Assembly: GCF_036971445.1 (NCBI RefSeq)
Contig: NC_091471.1
Coordinates: 295,926,001 to 295,990,000 of the forward strand
Direction of reading: 5' to 3'
Length of the DNA: 64,000 bases
Source: Narcine bancroftii
Lineage: Eukaryota
The position numbers and the translations under genes are program-made. Position 1 is the first letter of the stretch. Each line of letters starts with the position of its first letter. The notes below the pieces were generated by a model. That model saw only the letters and a program-made list of their open reading frames with translations. It searched no databases and was not told where the DNA came from. Of the stretch, positions 12,895 through 22,057 are shown piece by piece.

Positions 12895-14100
12895 ATGGCG
12901 ACAAAAAAAGAAAAATCGAAAGCAACGGTAAGAAGAGAGGAAGAGAAGACAACGGAGGAAAAAGGTGAAGGCCTTACCTGTTCGAAGAGGCCCGCTGCGG
13001 AGAGAGAAACCCGCTCCCTCAGGTCGGTAAATAATGGACTACAAAAATGGCTCGCTGAGCCGAGTAAAAGTGCGCAGCCGCGCATGCGCAATGCGCATGC
13101 AAAAAAACACACCGACGGGAGGGGGGACCAGCTGGGGAGTCGATCTCCACAGCCAGCAACGACAGCTGCAGAATACCTGCAGCAAGAAGAGACCACAGAA
13201 GACAATAGAAACAAGAAAGAAGAGAAGGAAAGGGCAACAAAGAAACAACAGATGGCCAACCCAGAGGAAGAAGAAGAGGAAGAGTACAGTGAAATAGAAG
13301 AAGAAAAGAAAGGCAAGATAAAGGAGGTACTTTCTCTTATTAAAGGATACATGGAGTCATTTAAAGAATGGCAAACACAGGAATTTAATGATTTAAGAAA
13401 AAGAATAAACAACACAGAAGAGAAAATGAATAAAATAGATATGACCTTAACAGAAATGGGAAAGAAAATGGACAAGATGGAAGAGCGGGCAGTAGCAGCA
13501 GAAATGGAGGTAGAAGACTTAAAAAAGAAATTGGAGGAATCTAATAAAAAAACTAAAGAGACACAAGAACTACTAGCTCAAAAAATAGATACAATGGAAA
13601 ATTATAACAGAAGAAATAACATAAAGATAGTGGGCCTTAAGGAAGATGAAGAAGGCAAGAATATGAGGGAGTTTATAAAAGAGTGGATCCCTAAGACCCT
13701 AGGATGTCCAGAACTACAGCAAGGAATGGAAATAGAAAGGGCACATAGAGTATTGGCCTCTAAACCACAACCACAACAAAAACCAAGATCTATTGTAGTA
13801 AAATTCCTAAGATATACTACAAGAGAAAAGGTACTGGAGAAGACAATGGAAAAAGTAAGAGAGGGCAACAAACCACTGGAGTATAAAGGGCAAAAAATCT
13901 TCATTTATCCAGATATAAGTTTTGAACTCCTAAAGAAGAGAAAAGAGTTCAATAGAGCAAAGGCGATTTTATGGAAGAAAGGGTATAAATTTATACTAAA
14001 GCATCCAGCGGTATTGAAAATATTTATTCCAGGACAACAAAACAGACTATTCTCGGATCCAGAAGAAGCACGAAAATTTGCAGAACAATTACAAAAATAG
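12895..14100 (+). CDS. L1 ORF1p (coiled coil, RRM, CTD; Transposase_22-like), uninterrupted
   Basis: Heptad coiled coil, then MENYNRRNNIKIVGLKE, IERAHR, PRSIVVKFLRY and IFIYPDIS...KKRKEF motifs. Start may be ATG 12895 (401 aa) or ATG 13252 (282 aa). Confidence 0.9.
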   Translation: MATKKEKSKATVRREEEKTTEEKGEGLTCSKRPAAERETRSLRSVNNGLQKWLAEPSKSAQPRMRNAHAKKHTDGRGDQLGSRSPQPATTAAEYLQQEETTEDNRNKKEEKERATKKQQMANPEEEEEEEYSEIEEEKKGKIKEVLSLIKGYMESFKEWQTQEFNDLRKRINNTEEKMNKIDMTLTEMGKKMDKMEERAVAAEMEVEDLKKKLEESNKKTKETQELLAQKIDTMENYNRRNNIKIVGLKEDEEGKNMREFIKEWIPKTLGCPELQQGMEIERAHRVLASKPQPQQKPRSIVVKFLRYTTREKVLEKTMEKVREGNKPLEYKGQKIFIYPDISFELLKKRKEFNRAKAILWKKGYKFILKHPAVLKIFIPGQQNRLFSDPEEARKFAEQLQK

Positions 14101-14238
14101 ACTGAGGGATGAAGACGGGTAATGAGAGTAAAAATGAGCACGATTGATATGTATGTGGGTAAAGACAAAAATAGACTGAGGGATGAAGACGGGTAATGAG
14201 AGTAAAAATGATCACGATTGATATGTATGCGGGTAAAG
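14091..14238 (+). repeat. 74-bp tandem duplication spanning the ORF1 stop and inter-ORF spacer
   Basis: acaaaaatagactgagggatgaagacgggtaatgagagtaaaaatga...gggtaaag at 14091-14164 and 14165-14238. Confidence 0.9.
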
Positions 14239-16964
14239 AGGTATAAGAGTGAATAGAGACAATGTGCATACGTGAATGTATCTGTACTTAGAGGAAAATA
14301 TAGATAGTATAGACAAGAATTAATAAGGGAAGGTAATGGAATAGAGAGAATAAGGAGGGAATTAAAAGAGTGACCTTTGTGACATATGAAAAGTGAAATC
14401 TTTTCTGGGGGGGGCTGGGTGGGGGGAAATAGCGGTCACTGCAAAATCAGTTGACGCTTGCGAGTGGATTCGCAAATCCAAATGGAGAGGGGAGATGTGG
14501 TTGTCCGACAAGGGATAAAGGACAACTCAGGAGGGGAAGGGGAGATTGGGGATAAAGAAGATAGAAATAGGAGAATAAGGAAAATGTTGGATGTTGTAGG
14601 AATGTTGTCTTATAAAGAGTTGAAAATAAGAAAACAGAAATGGAAAAGGAGGAAAGGCAATGATGGAAAAATGGAAAGAGAAGATAAACAAAATATAAAA
14701 TGGCTACGCTGAACTATATGACTTTAAATATTAATGGAATACATAACCAAATTAAAAGGAAGAAACTACTAAATTTAAATGAATAAATGTATTCCATTAG
14801 AAAAAATAACATATAGGTTAAGAAATAATATTGAAATATTCGAACAAGTATGGGAGCCTTACATTAAATACAATAGCGAAAACCTACTGGGGACAAACAT
14901 TACCTAAGTTGATAGAAGGAGAAGGAAAGAAAAGAATGGACTCAGTAGAATTTCTGGTGTATTTTTGTTGAATGACAACATTGTCTGACTGGCTTAATGC
15001 AACCTAGATTGTATACCTAAAATGGATGAGAGGGGGGTGGCTTGGGAGGAGGGAGGGGGGGGGGGAGAAAAAGTCAGTGTATATGTGTGAAAAAGAAATA
15101 GTGTATATCATGGCTAATGTGATTTATGGTGTGAAAAATAAAAAATTTAAAAAAAAACTGCAAGAAAAGGAGAATGAGGAAACAAACGGTAAACCTAAAC
15201 AAAAATGGGAACAAGATCTAAACATAAAGATAAAGAATGAAACATGGGAAAAGCTATGCTCTGGAACTATGAGAAATACAATAAAGACAAGGTTACGCAT
15301 GATACAATATAACTGGATACACAGGCTATGCATCACACCTCAAAAGTTAAATAAATGGGACCCAACAGTATCAGACAGGTGTTTTCACTGTAAAAAGGAA
15401 ATGGGAACAACAATTCATGCAATTTGGACATGTGAGAAAGTGAAAAAATTTTGGGAAGATCTAAACCAGATATTAAATAAAATCACAAAAAGCAATATAC
15501 CAAAAAACCCAGAGATCTTCCTCCTAAGTAATATAAGAAATAAAGAATTTGGACTCGATTTGGATGGAGTACAAAAAAGATTTGTTACGATAGCCCTAGC
15601 TGTAGCAAAAAAATGTATTATGTCAACCTGGAAATTAGAAGACAACTTGAGAATACAACAATGGTATATAGAAATGAATAAATGTATTCCATTAGAAAAA
15701 ATAACATATAATTTAAGAAATAACCACAATATTCGAACAAATGTGGGAGCCATACATGAAATACAATAGAGAAATCCTACCATGGACTTCCACCACCTAA
15801 AATGACAGAAGGAGAAGATAACGAAAAGAACTGATTCAGTAAAATTTCTTGTTTATTTTTATTAAGTGACAACATTGTTTAACGGGTTTAATGTATCTTA
15901 TAGATTGAACTTCAAATAAATGGGAAAGGGGGTGAGGGAGGGAGGGAAGGGAGGGGGGAAAAAGGGGGAGAAAAATGACACTATATATTCAAGAAAAAAA
16001 ATGTCTGTATGTATCTTGGTCAATATGGTTTATAGTGTGAAAAATAAAAGAAAAATAAAAAAAAACAATGATGTGTCGCAATACAGAGAATTGGAAAGTC
16101 TTATCATATGTACGAGAGTAACAACCTGAGTTTCAATGTGGACAAGAGATAGGTGATTATAGTGGACTTGAGGAGGACCAGGAATGACCACCCTCCACCT
16201 TACATCAACATCTTTATAGTGGAGAGAGCGGAGAACATTTATATTCCTTGGAGTCCACTTAACTAGTAACCTATTGTGAACACCCAACATGTCCTTACTT
16301 GTTAGGATGGCACAACAGTGACTGCACTTCCTGAGAAGACTGAAGCAGACAAGGCTACTGCTTACCATCATGCCAGCCTTCTGCAGGAACTTTATTGAGA
16401 GTATCCTGGTGGCTGCATCACGGTGTGGTCATGGATTGGGGAGAAGTGGATCGGAGGTCAATCTACAGGACCATAAGAGTGGCAGAGAGGACTACTATAG
16501 TCTCCCTTCCATTCCCCCTTCCCCCCCCCCCCCCCACCCCATCGACATGATCTACCAGGATTGTTGTATGAAGAGGACATGCAAAATTATTGAGGACCCC
16601 TTCCACCCTGCACATAGCATCTTTTAACTGCTCCCTTCAGGGAAAGTGTATGGGAGTATCGGAGCCAGCAGCACCAGGCTGAGAAACAGCTTCATCCAGC
16701 GGGCAATGAGCATGCTGAATGACCAAAGGAATTGCTCACACTAACCTTCCGAAACTCTCACATTCACAAAACAATATTTATTTATTTATTTGTATAGATG
16801 AAATACTTGTCATGCATATGTATTGTTTGTCTGGATGTGTGTTATGTCTAGATGTGTGTCTGCAGGTTTTGCACCGAAGACCCGAGAATGCTTTTTCGTC
16901 GGATTGCACTTATACAATCAGATGATAATAAACTTGACTTAAAATCAGTTCTGATCCTCCAAAA

Positions 16965-17160
16965 GGTACTGCATTGTGGGAGGGACAGTTCTGAAGAGAG
17001 GATCACACCAAGAAGGGGCAGTATTGAGGGAGTGTCTCACTGTGGGAGGGACAGAACTGAGGGGAGGGTCACACTGAGAGGGGGTTAGTACTGAGGAGGG
17101 TCACACTGTGGGAGGGGCAGTTCTGAAGGAGAGTCATACTGTGGAAGGGGCAGTTCTGAG
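16965..17160. repeat. ~32-33-bp minisatellite (cagtactgagggag..tcacactgtgggagggg)
   Basis: About six degenerate copies, with three more at 17678-17790. The unit resembles part of DeuSINE-like elasmobranch repeats. Confidence 0.8.
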
Positions 17161-17677
17161 CCGCCTGTCACTGCAGGGAGGAGACAGTGTACCACATCTT
17201 TGTGGAATGTGTAAGGTTGCAGCCTCTCTTTGCCTTTCTGATGAGGCTGCTCCTTGCATTCTGGTTCCATGTTAGCCCGACCCTCTTTATCTTTGGCTAC
17301 CCAGTGAGGAAGGGGACAGGAAGGAAGGGAGATGTCCTGATCACTTTGCTCCTGGGCCTAGCCAAACTGTCCATCCGTGGCTCATGGAAGCGAGCGGCTA
17401 AGGGCTCCCCAGCAATAAAGCACTGGACATCATCTGGAGGTATGTTCATGCCCGGGTGTCTTTGGAAAAGGAGCCCGCACTGTCCACGGGAGCCATGGAG
17501 GGGTTTTTGGAGTGCTGGGCACAGTGGGATGTGTAAGTTATCCTTGACAAGGATGGCAATATTTTAATATAACTAGATAATTATCTCATGGTTTGTGTCT
17601 AGTAATTGTTTGGTGACTCCAGTGTATTTATGCAATGATGTACATGTGAAATAAAGTATATTTTTAAAGATAAAAAA
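17161..17677 (+). mobile_element. Tx1-like L1 3' fragment, copy 1
   Basis: C..C..EETVYHIFVECVRLQPLFAFL..LLL.FWFH.SPTLFIFG zf-RVT/C-terminal motif, then AATAAA and an A-tail. Confidence 0.8.
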
Positions 17678-17790
17678 GGGACAGAACTGAGGGGAGGGTC
17701 ACACCGAGAGGGGGTCAGTACTGAGGAGGGTCACAATGTGGGAGGGGCAGTACTGAGGGAGCGTCACACTGTGGAAGGGGCAGTACTGAG

Positions 17791-18309
17791 CTGCCTGTCA
17801 CTTCTACAGACGGGAGGAGACAGTGTACCACATCTTTGTGGAATGTGTAAGGTTGCAGCCTCTCTTTGCCTTTCTGATGAGGCTGCTCCTCGTATTCTGG
17901 ATGCACTTTAGCCCTACCCTCTTTATCTTTGGCCTCCCAGTGAGGAAGGGGGCGGGAAGGGAGGGGGATGTCCTGGTTGCCTTGCTCCTGGGCCTAGCCA
18001 AACAGTCCATCTGTGGTTCATGGAAGTGAGCGGCTCAGGGTTCCCCCAGCAGTGAAGTGCTGGACTTATTCCGGGGGTATGTTAGCGCCTGGGTGTCATT
18101 GGAAAGGGAGCACACACTGTCCACGGGAGCCATGGAGGGGTTTTTGGAGTGCTGGGCACCGTGGGATGTGTACGTCATCCTTGACAGGGAGAGCAATATT
18201 TTAACATAACTGTGTAATTGTCTTGTGTTTCATGTAATGTAGTTTGATTTATTTGGATGTATTTGTGAGGTGATGGCTTTGTGAAATAAAGTTTATGTAG
18301 AGAAAAAAA
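17791..18309 (+). mobile_element. Tx1-like L1 3' fragment, copy 2
   Basis: Same motif as copy 1, with AATAAA at ~18285 and an A-tail. Confidence 0.8.
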
Positions 18310-19211
18310 GGAGGCAGGGTTGCTGCTACACTTCAGTACTGGGGATGCAATCCTTGAATACCCGATGACAATGAGATGCTGTCTTTTCTAACAGTTACAT
18401 TCAAAGATCCATCACACTAAGAAAAACAGGCAGCTTCTCCCAGTGCAGACAAGGAATTACTGGAGGAACTTTAGCAGGCGAGACAGCATCCATGGAGTTC
18501 CTCCAGCAATTCTTGTCTGCTTAGGAATCTGGCAGCTGGAGCTTTTGTGTGACTTTACATTTCTCCTTGTGTCCAGGACCAGTATTAGCTTGTCAGGGAA
18601 CTGATGACTTCCTGTGTTTCCTATCTCCTGCTTTATTTATGACATTGCAATGGTGAGATTTCAAAAGCTTTTCATTGGCTGACACATGAAAAATACTATT
18701 GAAATGAAAGTTGTCTAACACTTAGAAAATCCAGATCATATTTGGGAAAATTTTTTGTCTTAAAACTTCAGCTGCCCTTGTATTTTAAAAATAATTGAAG
18801 AGTCCATATAATGGTAATGCCCTTTTAAATCAATCTAAACAAAGATAATGTTAATTTGAATGTCAGAACAGATTGCAAAGAATAACACGTTGGCAAATAG
18901 AACTGCTTCAGAGGAATCCGTGAAGAAATGCAGGAGCAGCATGGAAGTTGACCCAGTTTTGAGGTTGTTTTTCAAGCGAGCAGTGCCTCGAGGTTGCAAT
19001 AATTATGCAATGTGTGTGAGTGCCCTTTGCTGGTACAAAGGATCAGAGAAAAGAAGCTGCATTGATTAAATTCCTGTTGCCTTTAATTTTCTTTCACATT
19101 GCCAGTTGCAGTAGAGGACATGCAAGGAAATTTATTTTATAATGATGGAGTTGTGATCTCAAGGTTCTGCCTGAAAGAGTGTTGGAAGCAGATTCAATTG
19201 GATTATTTTAA

Positions 19212-19594
19212 CCCTTTGGACTCCGACCATTATTAACCTTTCATAATATTTTACAGGTATACCCCATTTTACGAATACTTGCTTTATGAACATTCACCTT
19301 TACAAAGAAACCTGTGTTCACTCTCTGAAAGAAATTTGAATGGGTTTTCAGTTTTACAAAAATAGCCTTCAATAGTAGTGAATGGGTATTCACTTTACGC
19401 CATTTCGGCTGAGGAAAGGTTTCATCAGAATGCTCTAGCAGGGTACACCTGTACTCTTGCTGGGTCCATGGGTAAACTACAAACCAGGATGAACCAGCTG
19501 GTGATTGGGATTTAAACCAGTCCCAAATAACGGGGACACAGTATATATGTGCTTCTTGATAGTCCCTGAAAGCAGGGACACAGAGTCCAAAGGG
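19212..19594. mobile_element. piggyBac-type non-autonomous element (MITE)
   Basis: TTAA|CCCTTTGGACTC ... GAGTCCAAAGGG|TTGA: 12-bp perfect TIRs starting CCC, with a TTAA target (right copy has one mismatch). Confidence 0.75.
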
Positions 19595-20119
19595 TTGAGG
19601 GAATTTTGCATTGGAATTGTTGCACATTACAGTCAGTTCACAACTGAAAAAAGGGCTATATGGATGAAAGTCACTTCCCAGATCTTCACCTGTACTCTTG
19701 CATAACAACTTCAATGTTGGAAGGGTCTCTGTCTCCATTTCCCTCCCATGCAGTGAGTCCAGACCCCAACCCTTGATGAACGTGCTCCACTCTCTCTAAT
19801 CCTGTGTCAATGAACACAGAAATGTCCCCTGCTTATTGCTTCTTCTGCCAGCCATCAACACTCCCTGCTCATCATCACGTCAGGGCCTTACCATTCCCTA
19901 CCCCACTGTTACCTCTCAGCCTCCTCCATTCCAAGAAAACTGCTCTGGTCTAGCAAAGTCCCCGCCCCCCCGAGCTTTGCTGGGGTGCTGTACACCCCCC
20001 CCCCTCAGTTAGGGAGGGGCTGTGAGGAATGAGCCGGGGACTGAGTTATTATGAGGGTTCCACTGAGTGTGATGGGACCAATGTCTTCCTCCCATTGTGT
20101 ATCCGGCGAGGTTGACTCC

Positions 20120-20490
20120 ACATACAGAACCCTAAATTATAAACAGCAAACATGGATGGGAGACCAGTCTATCATTTCTCAAGTAAGGGGATTAGAACTG
20201 TACTCTGGGTGCGGCCTCACCAGTACCCTGTAAAATTGCAGCAAAAATTTACTGTCTTTAAATTCAATCTCTCAAGCAATGAAACCAGCATTCCATTAGC
20301 CTCATTGATTACTGGCTGCACCTGCAAGCCAACCTTTTGCAATTCAGGCACAAGCACCCCCAAGTCTCTGCATAACAGCATGCTGCAATCTTTCACTGGT
20401 CTACTAATTTTTCTTCCAAAATGGATAACCTCACATTTACCAAAATTATACTCTATCTGCCAAACATTTTTCCATTCACTTAACCTACCT
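20120..20490 (-). mobile_element. CR1-type LINE fragment
   Basis: RLSEWKNVWQIEYNFGKCEVIHFGRK...RDLGVLVPELQKVGLQVQPVINEANGML on the minus strand. Confidence 0.85.
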
Positions 20491-20940
20491 ACATTGTCCT
20501 CCATAATGTTTGGGCAAATACTCTTTTTTTCCTTTATTTGCTCCTGTGCTCCACAGTTTTAAATTTGTAATCAAATAATTCACATGTACATTACAAATTT
20601 TATTCAAGGTTATTTGTCTACATTTTGGTTTGACCATGTAGAAATTGCAGCACTTTTTATACATAGTCCCTTCATTTCAGGGCACCATAATGTTTGGAAC
20701 ATGTGGCTTCACAGGTGTTTCTGAGTACTTAGGTATGTTTAATTGCTTCATTGGTGCAGGTATAAGAGAGATAGGCTTGCTTAGAAGCTTCTAAGCTTTT
20801 GATTACCTTTGGAGTCTGCAGTTCACATTTTTCAACATGAAGACCAAATTTGTGCCAATGAAAGTTGAAGAAGCCTTTATGAGGCAATTAAACAGTAAGA
20901 CCTTAAGATTACCAAAATCAACAGTTTGGAACAACTGAAG
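20490..20940 (+). mobile_element. Tc1/mariner left end (IR/DR type) with start of a degraded transposase
   Basis: TA-ca(t)tgtcctccataatgtttggg start; ccataatgtttgg direct repeat again at ~20685; then atgaagaccaaa...ccaaaatcaacagtttggaac (HTH N-terminus remnant). Confidence 0.7.
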
Positions 20941-21224
20941 AAAGAACAACTGAGGGGAGAATTGTTATCATCATTCAGTCTGAAGGCAGCAGGCTGGCCC
21001 CCTGCTCACAGAAACCCTGGCAGCAGCTGAAAGCCACATAGAGAGCTGACCATCCCATGTACAGGGCTCATTCAATCATTCTGACATAATATTATGAAAA
21101 GTGTATTATTAGAACAAGCCATAAATTCACTTCAGTAATTTTAATATCAGCATTGTTGGTGTGGGGATGGCTGTGGATGATAGACACACTTTCTGGAGAG
21201 TAGCTGTTCCTAAAACAAGTGCTG

Positions 21225-21560
21225 GTTCTCACTGAGGGATGGACCTACCACTGGTGTTGCCTGTAACAGTGGCCAGAATCTGCATTATTGTGGGTGAACA
21301 GTAATCTTTGCCTGTGGTGTCTCGCCAGTGATATTGCCCTGACTGCCCCTTCGTAGAGGTCAGTTGCTCAGTGTGGACTGAGGTGGAACATCCAGAAGGT
21401 GCAGACCTGTGCGAGTGACCAGGTGGGTTCCTGGCAATCTCAGTGTGTAGTTGCCGAGTCTGAATACTGTTCTTCATAATGATTAGATGAAGGCTGTTCA
21501 GCTTGTCCAACCTTTGATAAAATCGTAGGTGATCTGTGCACCTTCTGTTCTTGCCTCTGC
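21225..21560 (-). mobile_element. Old RTE-type LINE 3' remnant
   Basis: Degenerate RTE 3' text on the minus strand, adjoining a Penelope-type terminal fragment at ~21560-22050 (+). Confidence 0.45.
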
Positions 21561-22057
21561 TTCAAACCCCTCGATGCACACTGAACAAAGCCCACCCTAG
21601 CCAAACTCTGCAGCCTTTCACAAAGTTCATCTTCATATTTGGTTATTCTTCATATAAAAAGATACTTTCTGATTTCATGCCATCCTTTTCTCCCTTGTTC
21701 TCCCCATCCTAGTGATAAGTTGTATTGACCTTGTTTTCAGCCTCTTGTTCCTCCCTACTGTGACTCGAGTCCATCTCAGAACTCCAACCTCAGTCAGCAT
21801 GTTCTTTATCAGCTCAGATTCAGTTGCCAGCACTTACTGTGAGTCAGGCTTCCTCTTTACTGACCCAGGAGCACACATCCTCTTGTCATATTTAATTCTT
21901 TTGCCAGTTGCCTCCACTCCATGTCCCGATGAAAGGTCTCTACTCAAAACATCGACCATTCCTTGGCCTCCAGTGATGCCACTTGACCCTCTGAATCACT
22001 CCAGCAGTCCATTTCTTGTTCCAGATTCTAACATCTGCAGTCTCTATGTTTGCCCTC

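Larger units (their letters stand above)
12767..15154 (+). mobile_element. 5'-complete but ORF2-deleted (ORF1-only) L1 element
   Basis: TSD aaact(a/g)caagaaaaggag at 12749-12766 and 15155-15172. Intact ORF1; the ORF2 start (14700) is fused at ~14777 to the ORF2 end; G-rich 3' UTR and polyA. Confidence 0.9.
12475..16063 (+). mobile_element. 5'-truncated L1 (ORF2 3' part, 3' UTR, polyA); host of a nested L1
   Basis: 16-bp TSD aacaatgatgtgtcgc at 12459-12474 and 16064-16079. ORF2 reads ...MYIKLQEKE|NEETNGKPKQKWEQDL...RCFHCKKEMGTTIHAIWTC (zf-RVT) once the inner element is removed. Confidence 0.92.
12270..16940 (+). mobile_element. Rex-Babar-like LINE, split by L1 insertions (pieces 12270-12474 and 16064-16940)
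   Basis: ILDFLTERSQSV...STGTPQGCVLSPLLFTLLTH...VIGFINNNDVS resumes after 16079 as QYRELESL... and later EDPFHPAHSIF...; 3' tail gataataaacttgactt near 16925. Confidence 0.85.

Noticed and set aside
12864-13475. 203-aa antisense ORF over L1 ORF1
   Set aside because: Ser/Phe/Leu-rich mirror of an A/G-rich sense frame. Only the short ATG-to-donor part is kept as a speculative finding.
15026-15769. 247-aa ORF as a stand-alone gene
   Set aside because: Chimera of the inner L1 3' UTR/polyA and the host L1 ORF2 C-terminus.
19241-19738. 165-aa minus-strand ORF
   Set aside because: Spans the edge of a piggyBac-type MITE and has no recognisable domain.
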